Assembly (NCBI GenBank): GCA_965203515.1
Contig: OZ241907.1
Location: 4,071,235 to 4,135,234 of the forward strand
DNA from: Spirochaetia bacterium
GTDB lineage: Bacteria; Spirochaetota; Spirochaetia; SZUA-6; Bin103
Reading direction: 5' to 3'
Length of the DNA: 64,000 nucleotides
Every line of letters begins with the position of its first letter. The stretch's first letter is position 1. The position numbers were made by a program, and so were the translations under genes. Below, in pieces: positions 55,096 through 64,000 of this stretch. A model generated the notes under the pieces. The model had not been told where the DNA came from, did not search any database, and saw only the letters and a list, made by a program, of their open reading frames with translations.

Positions 55096-56339
55096 GACGG
55101 GTCCGGGATCACGAAGCGGTGGTGGCGTTTCTTGCCGGCGCGCACGATGAGCTGCCCGTCTGCGAGGTCGGCGGGCGCGAGCGGCCGGTCGGCGTCGGTC
55201 CACGTGCGGTCGTTGAGATAGGCGCCGCCCTGGCGGATCAGCCGTCGCGCCTCGGAACGGCTCGACGCCAACCCGCCGCGCTCCAGCAGCTCGACCAGGG
55301 TGACGCCGCGCTCCACGTCCGCGGCCGGCAGCATCGAGCTCGGCATGGCGCTGCGGTCGCTGCGGTCGCCGCCGGCGCTGGCGCCGCCGCCGAACAGCGC
55401 CCGGCTGGTCTCCCGCGCCCGTTCCGCTTCCTCGGCGCCGTGCACCAGCGAGGTCAGCTCCATCGCCAACCGCTCCTTGGCGGAGACGATGGCCCGGTCG
55501 CGCAGCCGGCCCAGCGCCTCCAGCTCGGCGTCTGGCAGCAGCGTCAGCATCGCCAGCAGCGCGGCGACGTCGGCGTCCGGGACGTTGATCCAGTACTGGT
55601 AGAACCGGTAGGGAGCGACTCGCTCCGGGTCCAGGAACAGGGCGCCGGCCGCCGTCTTGCCCATCTTCCGGCCGTCCGCGGTGGTCACCAGCGGCCAGGT
55701 CAGGGCGTGCGCCTCGGCCCGCTCCACGCGCCGGATCAGGTCGGCGCCGGCCAGGATGTTCGCCCACTGGTCGTCGCCGCCGATCTGCAGCAGGCATCCG
55801 TAACGACGGTGCAGCACCAGAAAGTCGTACGCCTGCAGCAGCAGGTAGTTGAACTCGAGAAAGGAGAGTCCCGTCTCAAGCCGCCGGCGGTACGTCTCGA
55901 AACTCAACATGCGGTTCACAGAGAAGCGCGGTCCGATCTCGCGCAGGAAGTCCAGGTAGCCCAACTCGCCGAGCCACTCGGCGTTGTCGACCACGACGGT
56001 GCGGCGCAGATCGATGATGCGCCCCACCTGCCGCTGCATCAGCTCGGCGTTGCGGGCGACGGTCTCGACCGGCAGCAGCGGCCGCATGTCGTCCTTGTCG
56101 CTGGGATCGCCCACGCGCGCGGTGCCGCCGCCGATCAGCAGCACCGGTCGGTGGCCGGCGCGTTGCAGGTGCGCCATGGCCAGCAGCCCGACCAGGTGGC
56201 CGGCGTGCAGGCTGGGCCCGGTCGGATCGATGCCCAGGTAGAAGGTGACCGCCTCGCGCTCCAGGAGCCGGGTGAGCGACGCGGCGTCGGTAGTCTGCTT
56301 GACCAGCCCGCGCCGGGACAGCGCAGCCAGCACGTCCAT
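55092..56339 (-). CDS. tyrS: Tyrosine--tRNA ligase
   Basis: YLGIDPTGPSLHAGH, QIGGDDQW, KMGKT, C-terminal S4 domain. Confidence 0.97.
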   Translation of the reverse strand: MDVLAALSRRGLVKQTTDAASLTRLLEREAVTFYLGIDPTGPSLHAGHLVGLLAMAHLQRAGHRPVLLIGGGTARVGDPSDKDDMRPLLPVETVARNAELMQRQVGRIIDLRRTVVVDNAEWLGELGYLDFLREIGPRFSVNRMLSFETYRRRLETGLSFLEFNYLLLQAYDFLVLHRRYGCLLQIGGDDQWANILAGADLIRRVERAEAHALTWPLVTTADGRKMGKTAAGALFLDPERVAPYRFYQYWINVPDADVAALLAMLTLLPDAELEALGRLRDRAIVSAKERLAMELTSLVHGAEEAERARETSRALFGGGASAGGDRSDRSAMPSSMLPAADVERGVTLVELLERGGLASSRSEARRLIRQGGAYLNDRTWTDADRPLAPADLADGQLIVRAGKKRHHRFVIPDPS

Positions 56340-57685
56340 CAGGGGCGTTCCGTGCGGGAGTAGCCGGCGGTCAGCTCGGCGAGCTGACCGCGCAGGGCGT
56401 CGCGGTGGACGCGGAGCTGCTCCGTGGAGTCGCGCAGCCGCACGGTCACCGTCCCGTCGTCCCTGGTGCGGTAGTCGATGGTGACGCAGTACGGGGTGCC
56501 GATTTCGTCCTGGCGGCGGTAGCGCCGGCCGATGGCGCCGCCCTGGTCGTAGAAGATGTCGTGGTCGGCGCGCAGGCCGGCGGCCACCTCGCGGGCAAGC
56601 TCGGCCAGCCCGTCCTTCTTGACCAGCGGCAGGATCGCTGCCGTGACCGGCGCGACCGCCGGATGGAAGCGGAGCACCGTGCGCTGCTCTCCGCCCACCT
56701 CGTCCTCGTCGTAGGCGTCGGCCAGCACCGCCAGCACGGTGCGGGTCAACCCGACGGCGGTCTCGATCACGTAGGGCACGAACCGTTCGCCCTGCGCGCC
56801 TCCGGAGCTCCCGTCATCGAGATAGGTCAGGTCCTTGCGCGACAGCTCGGCGTGGCGGCGCAGATCGAAGTCGGTGCGGTTGTGGATCCCTTCCAATTCC
56901 TGCCAGCCGGACGGGAAGTCGTACTCGATATCGACCGCGACCTTGGCGTAATGGGCGATCTCGTCCGGCCCGTGCGGACGCAGCCGCAGTCGGGAGGGGT
57001 GGATGCCGAGGTCGGCGTAGTAGCGGTAGCGCGCCTCCCGCCAGTGCTCGAACCAGCGTTCGTCATGATCCGGATGCACGAAGAACTGCATCTCCATCTG
57101 CTCGAACTCGCAGGTGCGGAAGATGAAGCTCTTGGTCGTGATCTCGTTGCGGAACGCCTTGCCGACCTGGGCGATGCCGAACGGCACCTTGACCCGGCCC
57201 GACTGCACGACGTTCTTGAAGTTGACGTAGGCGCCCTGCGCGGTCTCCGGGCGCAGGTAGATGCCGGTGCCGCCGTCCTCCACCGGCCCCAGCGTGGTGC
57301 GCATCATCATGTTGAACTGGCGCGCCTCGGTCAGCTCCGGCTTGCCGCACTGCGGGCAGGGACCGGTCGGGTCCTCGACGTGGTCGGCGCGGAACCGCGC
57401 CTTGCAGTTGCGGCAGTCGATGAGCGGATCGTTGAAGGCGCTGGTGTGCCCGGACGCCTCCCACACGCGCGGGTGCATCAGGATGGCGGCGTCGAGGCCG
57501 ACGATCGGCAGCTCGCCGCGCGTCATGGTCCGCCACCAGCGGTCGCGGAGGTTGTTCTTGAGCTGCACGCCGAGCGGGCCGTAGTCCCACGCCGAGGCGA
57601 GGCCGCCGTAGATGTCGCTCGACGGGTAGACGAACCCGCGCCGCTTGCAGAGCGATACCAGTCGATCGAGTGTCGTGCGCGCCAT
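56339..57685 (-). CDS. glyQS: Glycine--tRNA ligase (homodimeric type)
   Basis: KRRGF, DYGPLG, LRPETAQG, FRNEIT, EFEQME, RRYRRQDEIGTP. Confidence 0.97.
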   Translation of the reverse strand: MARTTLDRLVSLCKRRGFVYPSSDIYGGLASAWDYGPLGVQLKNNLRDRWWRTMTRGELPIVGLDAAILMHPRVWEASGHTSAFNDPLIDCRNCKARFRADHVEDPTGPCPQCGKPELTEARQFNMMMRTTLGPVEDGGTGIYLRPETAQGAYVNFKNVVQSGRVKVPFGIAQVGKAFRNEITTKSFIFRTCEFEQMEMQFFVHPDHDERWFEHWREARYRYYADLGIHPSRLRLRPHGPDEIAHYAKVAVDIEYDFPSGWQELEGIHNRTDFDLRRHAELSRKDLTYLDDGSSGGAQGERFVPYVIETAVGLTRTVLAVLADAYDEDEVGGEQRTVLRFHPAVAPVTAAILPLVKKDGLAELAREVAAGLRADHDIFYDQGGAIGRRYRRQDEIGTPYCVTIDYRTRDDGTVTVRLRDSTEQLRVHRDALRGQLAELTAGYSRTERP

Positions 57686-57731
57686 GTGGTTCCTTCCTGT
57701 TTGCGGCCTTCGTGTTTTTGCGGGGCTTCCG

Positions 57732-59177
57732 TTACGTATCCCGGCCGGCCGTGTCCAACCGGCCCAGCGCCGCGCGCAACCGATGCCGGCAGGCCGCCGC
57801 GCCCAGGATGCGCATGCTGCCGAACAGCGGCGGCGACACGCGCGAGCCCGTGACCGCCACCCGCACCGGCATCATCAGGTCGCCGAAGCGGACGCCCAGT
57901 TCCTCCGCGGCGGCGCGGAACGCCCGCTCGGCGGCATCTTCGTCCGCCCCGCAGGCCGTATCGACCAGATCGAGCGCCCGCCTCAGCACCTGCGCCGCCT
58001 GCGCGGGGTCGAGCCGCTTGGGCGCCAGTTTCGCGCCATCGTAATCGAGGTCCGCGGCAAACAGAAACCGGGCCATGGGCACCACGTCGCCCAACAGCGT
58101 CAGCCGCTCCCGCACCAGCTCGGCGACCGCCGGCGCCGCCCGCTGCGGTCGGTCCGCCCCGGCCTCCGCCAAGTACGGCTCCAGCCGCCGGGCCAGCTCG
58201 GCGGTCGGCAGGGCGCGGATATGGGTGCCGTTCATCCAGCGCAGCTTGTCGGCGTCGAAGATCGCCGCGGCGGCGTGCAGCCGCTCCAGGCTGAACGCGC
58301 GCTCCAACTCGTCGAGGCTGAACAGCTCGCTCGACCCGTCCAGCGACCAGCCGAGCAGGGCGATGTAGTTGACCAGCGCCTCCGGCAGGTAGCCCTGCCG
58401 GCGGAACTCGCTCACGCTCATCGAGCCGTGGCGCTTGCTCAGCTTCTTGCCGTCGGCGCCGTTCACGACCGGCAGGTGGGCGTACCGGGGCGGCTGCCAT
58501 CCGCACGCCTGGAAGATCAACACGTGCAGCGGCGCCGAGGAGACCCACTCCTGAGCCCTCAGCACGTGGCTGACGCGCATCTCGTGGTCGTCGGTGATGG
58601 CCGCCAGGTGATAGGTCGGGAACCGGTCCGACTTGAGCAGCACGGGGTCCGGGTTGAGGTCCGCATTGCGCCGCTCGATGGAGCCCAGGAGCAGGTCCTG
58701 GTACCGGGTCGCGCCGTCCAGCGGCACTTTGAACCGCACGACCGGCGGTTCGCCCCGATCCTCGTGGCGGCGGCGTTCGGCAGCCGTCAGGTTGCGGCAG
58801 CGGCGGTCGTATCCGCGGCCGGCGGCGCGCACCCGCTGTAGGCGCTCGGCGTGGCAGTAGCAGCGGTAGGCGCGTCCCTCCGCGACCAGTCGTTCGGCGA
58901 CCGCGCGATGGCGCTCGACCCGCTCCGACTGCACGTACGGGCCGTATGGCCCCCCCACGCGGGGCCCCTCGTCCCAGCGCAGGCCAAGCCAGGAGAGGGT
59001 GTCGTACACGTCGGCCAGGGCCGCCGGGTCGAACCGCGCGCGGTCGGTGTCCTCGATGCGCAGGATGAAGGTCCCGCCGGCCGAACGCGCCAGCAGGTAC
59101 GCGAACAGGGCGGTGCGCGCCCCGCCGACGTGGTGGAGTCCGGTTGGCGACGGGGCGTAACGAACGCGTAGCGACAC
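57732..59177 (-). CDS. gltX: Glutamate--tRNA ligase
   Basis: RVRYAPSPTG, HVGG, LRIEDTD, KLSKR. Confidence 0.97.
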   Translation of the reverse strand: MSLRVRYAPSPTGLHHVGGARTALFAYLLARSAGGTFILRIEDTDRARFDPAALADVYDTLSWLGLRWDEGPRVGGPYGPYVQSERVERHRAVAERLVAEGRAYRCYCHAERLQRVRAAGRGYDRRCRNLTAAERRRHEDRGEPPVVRFKVPLDGATRYQDLLLGSIERRNADLNPDPVLLKSDRFPTYHLAAITDDHEMRVSHVLRAQEWVSSAPLHVLIFQACGWQPPRYAHLPVVNGADGKKLSKRHGSMSVSEFRRQGYLPEALVNYIALLGWSLDGSSELFSLDELERAFSLERLHAAAAIFDADKLRWMNGTHIRALPTAELARRLEPYLAEAGADRPQRAAPAVAELVRERLTLLGDVVPMARFLFAADLDYDGAKLAPKRLDPAQAAQVLRRALDLVDTACGADEDAAERAFRAAAEELGVRFGDLMMPVRVAVTGSRVSPPLFGSMRILGAAACRHRLRAALGRLDTAGRDT

Positions 59178-59302
59178 GACTGCTTCCGGTGAACCGCCAC
59201 CATAGGGGCGCCCCGCCATGGCGTCAACGACGTTTCCCCCGGCGAGCGGCCCTGGTGCCTCCGCTTGCGCGGCGATACGGCGGACCCATAGACTCGGCGC
59301 CG

Positions 59303-59920
59303 ATGACCGAGCGAATCAGCCGGCAGCGCCTGATCGACCGCCTGTGGCCGCCGGCCGAACGCACCGCCAGGTCGACCGCGCGGATCGCCAACCTGTTTCG
59401 GGCGCTGTTCCTGGCTCTGGCCGGCAGCGCGCTGATCGCGGTCTCCGCGAAGCTCCAGGTGCCGATGGTGCCGGTACCGATGACCATGCAGACGCTCGTG
59501 ATCCTGGTGATCGGCATGGCGTGCGGATGGCGCGTGGGCGGGCTCACCCTGCTGCTCTATCTGGCGGAGGGAGCGGTCGGGCTGCCGGTGTTCGCCGGCA
59601 CCCCGGAGCGGGGGCTGGGCCTTACCTACATGGTCGGCTCCACCGGCGGCTATCTGCTGGGCTTTCTGCTGGCGGCGCTGGTGGTCGGCCTGCTGGCGGA
59701 GGCGGGGTGGGACCGCACCGTGCCGCTGGCGGCGGCGGCGATGCTGATCGGCAACGTCGTCATCTACGTGCCGGGCCTGCTGTGGCTGGGCACGGTGGCC
59801 GGATGGGACAACCCGATCCTGCAATGGGGGCTTACCCCCTTCATCGCCGGCGACCTGGTCAAGCTGGCCCTGGCCGCGCTGCTGATGCCCGCTGCTTGGC
59901 GGCTGGTCCGCACGAGCTGA
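59303..59920 (+). CDS. bioY: Biotin transporter BioY
   Basis: PVPMTMQT, GLPVFAG, TGGYLLGF, PFIAGDLVK. Confidence 0.93.
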   Translation: MTERISRQRLIDRLWPPAERTARSTARIANLFRALFLALAGSALIAVSAKLQVPMVPVPMTMQTLVILVIGMACGWRVGGLTLLLYLAEGAVGLPVFAGTPERGLGLTYMVGSTGGYLLGFLLAALVVGLLAEAGWDRTVPLAAAAMLIGNVVIYVPGLLWLGTVAGWDNPILQWGLTPFIAGDLVKLALAALLMPAAWRLVRTS

Positions 59921-60723
59921 TCGCGCCGGGAGCCGGCCGGACGGACGCGGCAGCGGCGGCCGGCCGGCGGCGCCTTGCTCCCGGCGCGGCGGGCGCACCG
60001 GTCGTCGACCTGGCGCTGCCCGCGCCGTTGCGCGCCGTCCTGACCACTGCGGCCGCCGGAGACATGCGCGATCCGGCGGCATGGCGGCGGGTGTGCGCGG
60101 CGCTCGACGTGGCGCCCGAACGGGTCCGCCGCGTGACGCAGCGGCACACGCAGCGCGTGGTGGCCGCCGTCGGCGGGCCGACGGACGCCGATCTGCCCGC
60201 CGACGGCCTGATCGCGGCGGCGGACGACGACGTGCTCTGTGTGTCCGTGGCCGACTGCCTGCCGATCTTCCTGATGCCCGGCGACGGCCGGCTGCCCGCC
60301 CTGCTGCACTCCGGCTGGCGCGGCACCGGCATCGTCACCGGCGCGCTCGACCGCCTGCAGCGGCGCTTCGGCCGCTCGCCCGCCGCGTACCGCGCGATCA
60401 TCGGTCCCGGCATCGGCCGGTGCTGCTATGAGGTGCCGGCGGAGCGGGCGCGCCGTTTCCGCGACCGGTTCGGACCCGAAGCGGCGGAGGTGGCTGGCGC
60501 GGCGGGCCGCATCGACCTGCGCGCCGCCAACGTCGCCCTGCTGCGGCGCGCCGGCGTCGCCGAGATCATCGTGTACGACGACTGTACGGCATGCTCGCCG
60601 GCGCTGCTCTCCTTCCGCGCCGACCGGGCGTGCGGGCGCGACGGCACGCGGCGCATGGCCGCCCTGCTGGGACGGTTCGGCGCCGCAGGCGGGGCGCGCA
60701 ACGCCTGCATTGTCGTACCATGA
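59917..60723 (+). CDS. Laccase-domain / purine nucleoside phosphorylase YfiH/PgeF family; start uncertain
   Basis: QRH, ADG, VADCLPI, HSGWRG, GPGIGRCCYEV, CTAC, SFR. Confidence 0.85.
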   Translation: MIAPGAGRTDAAAAAGRRRLAPGAAGAPVVDLALPAPLRAVLTTAAAGDMRDPAAWRRVCAALDVAPERVRRVTQRHTQRVVAAVGGPTDADLPADGLIAAADDDVLCVSVADCLPIFLMPGDGRLPALLHSGWRGTGIVTGALDRLQRRFGRSPAAYRAIIGPGIGRCCYEVPAERARRFRDRFGPEAAEVAGAAGRIDLRAANVALLRRAGVAEIIVYDDCTACSPALLSFRADRACGRDGTRRMAALLGRFGAAGGARNACIVVP

Positions 60724-60751
60724 CCGGAGCGGGCAACCGCCCGGAAACGCC

Positions 60752-62779
60752 ATGCCGTCCATCCGCAACGTAGGGATCATCTCGCACATCGACGCCGGCA
60801 AGACCACGACCACGGAGCGGATGCTCTACTACACGGGCCGCACGCACCGCATCGGCGAGGTCGACGACGGCGAGGCGACCACCGACTGGATGACGCAGGA
60901 GCAGGAACGCGGCATCAGCATCACCTCCGCCGCCATCACCTGCTTCTGGGCCGAGCACCAGATCAACATCATCGACACCCCCGGGCACGTCGACTTCACC
61001 GCCGAGGTGGAGCGTTCGCTGCGCGTGCTGGACGGCGCGGTCGCGATCTTTTCGGCGGTCGAGGGCGTCGAGCCGCAGTCGGAGACGGTGTGGCACCAGG
61101 CCGATCGTCACTCGGTCGCCCGCATCGCCTTCGTCAACAAGCTCGACCGCGCGGGCGCGTCCTTCGACGCCGTGCTCGAGCAGATGCGCACGCTGCTCTC
61201 CGCCGAGCCGGTCGCGCTGCAAGCGCCGTGGGGCCAGGACCGGGAGCTGCGCGGGCTGGTCGATCTGATCACGATGGAGCGCATCCGATGGAACGGCGAC
61301 GGCACCGTCATGCAGCGCTGTCCCGCCGACCCCGCCGACCCGGAGCTGGCCGCGCGGCGCGACCGGCTCATCGACGCGCTGGCCGACGGGTCGGACGAGA
61401 TCGCCGACCGCTACCTGGAAGGCCGCGAGCTGCCCGCCGGGCTGTTGCGGGCGGCGGTGCGCGCCGCGGTGGCGTCGGGCCGGCTGGTGCCGGTGCTGGC
61501 CGGCGCGGCCCGGCGCAACGTCGGCATCCAGCCGCTGCTCGACGCGATCGTCTGGTACCTGCCGGCTCCGGACGAGCTGCCGGCCGTGCCGCTGCTGGAC
61601 CGGGACGGGCGCGCGGCGGACCTGCCGGCGGTGGCGCGGTCGGCGGAAGGTCCGCCGCTGGCGCTCTCCTTCAAGCTGCAGAACGACCGCGAATCCGGCC
61701 CCTTGAGCTTCATCAGGGTCTATGCGGGCGCCATTCGCCGCGGCGACCGCCTGCTGAACCTCAGCGAGGGCCGCACCGAACGGGTCTGGCGTCTGCTGCG
61801 CATGCACGCCAATCGGCGGGAGCAGATCGACTCCGTGAGCGCGGGCGACATAGCCGTGGCGGTCGGGCTGAAGTTCACCCGCACCGGCGACACGCTGGGC
61901 GCACGGCAGGCGGGCGGCCTGCTGGAACGGATGCGCTTTCCGCTGCCGGTGGTGTCCGTGGCGGTGGAACCGCATTCCGCCTCCGATGCGGCCGCGCTGC
62001 TCGCCGCCCTCGAAGGGCTGCGGCTGGAGGACCCGACGTTCGCCGTCGAGGAGAACCCGGAGACCGGTCAGCTGCTGGTCTCCGGGATGGGCGAGCTGCA
62101 CCTGGAGGTGCTGATGCGGCAGGTCGCCGAACGTACCGGGATCGACGCCAACGCCGGCAAGCCGCAGGTCTCCTTCCGGGAATCGGTCGCCGCCGCGGTC
62201 GAGCACCACGAACGGTTCGAGCGGGAGATCGGCGGGCGCGCTCACTATGCCGGCGTGAGCCTGCGCGTGGCGCCGAAAGATCAGGGCGGCCGGTGCTCCT
62301 TCGATCCGGGTCCGGTTGCGGCTGCCGCGGGCCTGCCGGAGGAGCTGGGCGCGGCGGTCGCGCGGGGCGTGGAGGCCGGCTTCTCATCCGGCCCCGGATT
62401 CGGCTACCCGCTGGTCGACGTCGCGGTCGAGTTGATCGGCTGCGATTACGATCAGGAACGCGCCAGCCGGTTCGCGTTCGAAGCGGCGGCGTCCGGCGCG
62501 TTCGTCGCCTGCTGCCGCAAGGCCGAGCCGGTGCTGCTGGAGCCGGTGATGAGCGTCGACGTCACCACTCCCAAGGAGTTCATGGGCGAGGTGCTGTCGA
62601 GCCTGCAGATGCGCGGCGGCGCCATCGGGACGGTGGAATCGGGCCACGCCGCCGAACGGGTGAGCGCCGCGGTGCCGCTGGGGGCGATGTTCGGGTACAC
62701 CACCGATCTGCGCAGCGCCACGCAGGGCCGCGCGGCCTTCACCATGGCGTTCGCGCACTACGCCCCGGCGCGCCCTTGA
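60752..62779 (+). CDS. fusA: Elongation factor G paralogue
   Basis: IRNVGIISHIDAGKTTTTE, QERGISI, DTPGHVDF, NKLD, GMGELHLE, LRSATQGR. Confidence 0.92.
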   Translation: MPSIRNVGIISHIDAGKTTTTERMLYYTGRTHRIGEVDDGEATTDWMTQEQERGISITSAAITCFWAEHQINIIDTPGHVDFTAEVERSLRVLDGAVAIFSAVEGVEPQSETVWHQADRHSVARIAFVNKLDRAGASFDAVLEQMRTLLSAEPVALQAPWGQDRELRGLVDLITMERIRWNGDGTVMQRCPADPADPELAARRDRLIDALADGSDEIADRYLEGRELPAGLLRAAVRAAVASGRLVPVLAGAARRNVGIQPLLDAIVWYLPAPDELPAVPLLDRDGRAADLPAVARSAEGPPLALSFKLQNDRESGPLSFIRVYAGAIRRGDRLLNLSEGRTERVWRLLRMHANRREQIDSVSAGDIAVAVGLKFTRTGDTLGARQAGGLLERMRFPLPVVSVAVEPHSASDAAALLAALEGLRLEDPTFAVEENPETGQLLVSGMGELHLEVLMRQVAERTGIDANAGKPQVSFRESVAAAVEHHERFEREIGGRAHYAGVSLRVAPKDQGGRCSFDPGPVAAAAGLPEELGAAVARGVEAGFSSGPGFGYPLVDVAVELIGCDYDQERASRFAFEAAASGAFVACCRKAEPVLLEPVMSVDVTTPKEFMGEVLSSLQMRGGAIGTVESGHAAERVSAAVPLGAMFGYTTDLRSATQGRAAFTMAFAHYAPARP

Positions 62780-62789
62780 GGGCCGCCGC

Positions 62790-62818
62790 TTGACAGCGTG
62801 CCGGCGCCTGCATAGCGT
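62790..62818 (+). promoter_or_regulatory. Sigma70-like promoter for the second EF-G paralogue
   Basis: TTGACA-17 bp-TAGCGT, 33 bp before ATG 62852. Confidence 0.55.
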
Positions 62819-62851
62819 CGCCGTCCAGAGCCCAGCCTGGAGCATCACCGT

Positions 62852-64000
62852 ATGAGCGTTCCCACAGACCGAATCCGCAACGTCGCCCTGATAGGCCACA
62901 GCGGCACCGGCAAGACCACGCTGATGGAGCAGATCCTGGTCCACGGCGGGGTGGTTTCCAAGTTCGATCCCGGCAAGTCCGTCAGCGACTGCACCGAGGA
63001 GGAGATCGCCCGCAAGATATCGATCTACAGCGCGTTCGCCCACGTCGGTTGGGACGGCTGCAAGGTCAACCTGATCGACACCCCCGGGTCCGGCGACTTC
63101 ATCGGCGAGGTGGTGACCGGACTGGGCGCCGCCGAGTGCGCGGTCGTGGTGGTAGGAGCCGACGTCGGCGTGCAGATCGAGACGGCGAAGCTGTGGCGGC
63201 GCCTCGATCGCGACGGGACGCCCCGCATCGTCTTCGTCAACGGCATGGACAAGGAGCACGCCGACTTCGATTCCGCACTCGAAGACCTGGGCCGCACGTT
63301 CGGCGGGACCTTCGCGCCGCTCACCGTACCGGTCGGCGCGGGGAACTCGTTCGAAGGGATCGTCGACGTGCTCGGCCGGCGCGCCCTGCTGCGCTCGCGC
63401 GGCGGCGGCGCTCCGATCCCGGACGGGATGGAGGGCGCGGTCGAAGAGCGGCGGCAGGCGTTGATGGAGGGTGCGGCGGAAGGCGACGACGTCCTGATGG
63501 AGAAGTATCTGGAGGACGAGGCGCTGTCCGACGAAGAGATACTGCGGGGCCTGACCGCGGCGGTCGCCGCCGGCCAGGTATTCCCGGTGCTGGCCGGATC
63601 GGCCCGGCACGACGTCGGCATCCCGCCGTTGCTCGACGCGATCGTGCGGACCGTGCCGTCTCCGGCCGGCGCGACCGTGCAGGCGGACGGCACCGGCCAG
63701 ACCATCGAGCGCAGCATCGACCCGTCCGGTCCGACCTCGGCGCAGGTGCTGAAGACCAGCGTCGACCAGTACGCCGGGCGACTGTCGTTCGTGAAGGTCA
63801 TCACCGGCGGCCTTCGGTCGGACGCGGACCTGATCTGCGCCCGTACCGGCGCCAAGATACGTCTGACCAAGCTGAGTACCCGCCAGGGCGAGAAGCTCGA
63901 AGACGTGCAGGAGCTGTCGGCCGGCGACATCGGCGTGCTGAACAAGCTGGCCGACGTCGCCACCTGCGACACGCTGCACGCGCCGGATGGAGCGGTCGCC
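62852..64000 (+). CDS. Divergent EF-G-like protein (EF-G II type), runs off the window end
   Basis: MSVPTDRIRNVALIGHSGTGKTT, RKISI, LIDTPG, VNGMD. Missing from the ORF track because there is no stop in the window. Confidence 0.88.
   Translation, partial: MSVPTDRIRNVALIGHSGTGKTTLMEQILVHGGVVSKFDPGKSVSDCTEEEIARKISIYSAFAHVGWDGCKVNLIDTPGSGDFIGEVVTGLGAAECAVVVVGADVGVQIETAKLWRRLDRDGTPRIVFVNGMDKEHADFDSALEDLGRTFGGTFAPLTVPVGAGNSFEGIVDVLGRRALLRSRGGGAPIPDGMEGAVEERRQALMEGAAEGDDVLMEKYLEDEALSDEEILRGLTAAVAAGQVFPVLAGSARHDVGIPPLLDAIVRTVPSPAGATVQADGTGQTIERSIDPSGPTSAQVLKTSVDQYAGRLSFVKVITGGLRSDADLICARTGAKIRLTKLSTRQGEKLEDVQELSAGDIGVLNKLADVATCDTLHAPDGAVA

Noticed and set aside
1414..63979. Many long ORFs antisense to or overlapping the called genes (e.g. 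1414-3852, 10263-12722, 37372-40182, 50309-53170, 62384-63979)
   Set aside because: Shadow frames expected in high-GC DNA; Arg/Ala/Gly-rich with no motifs, and each overlaps a well-supported gene.

Overview
High-GC bacterial DNA, most plausibly a spirochaete. That assignment is an inference from the homodimeric GlyRS, the spirochaete-like EF-G paralogues and the secA neighbourhood. The window has three zones. (1) About 1-37.4 kb is an accessory surface-glycan and sulfation region. It holds three mosaic AAA-ATPase/PD-(D/E)XK paralogues plus a deletion scar of a fourth. These alternate with two aryl-sulfate sulfotransferases and two GT-C glycosyltransferases that all end in the same unnamed ~100-110 aa two-cysteine domain (six copies). 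The zone also encodes a B12 radical SAM enzyme, further glycosyltransferases, a sulfotransferase and an ABC exporter. Two Thr/Ser/Gly-rich repeat lipoproteins sit here too; one is put out of frame by a G21 tract, and an inverted spare C-terminus lies between them. (2) Housekeeping genes: surE, secA and nnr, then tyrS, glyQS, gltX, bioY, a pgeF-like gene and two EF-G paralogues. (3) A defence island at ~43.9-55.1 kb: Fic, a nuclease-deleted Rpn, a type III R-M system with an orphan MNT, and an ABC-ATPase/TOPRIM pair coupled to tyrS. No rRNA, tRNA, CRISPR array or intact transposase/integrase was recognised. All family calls come from reading motifs by eye, not from database searches.
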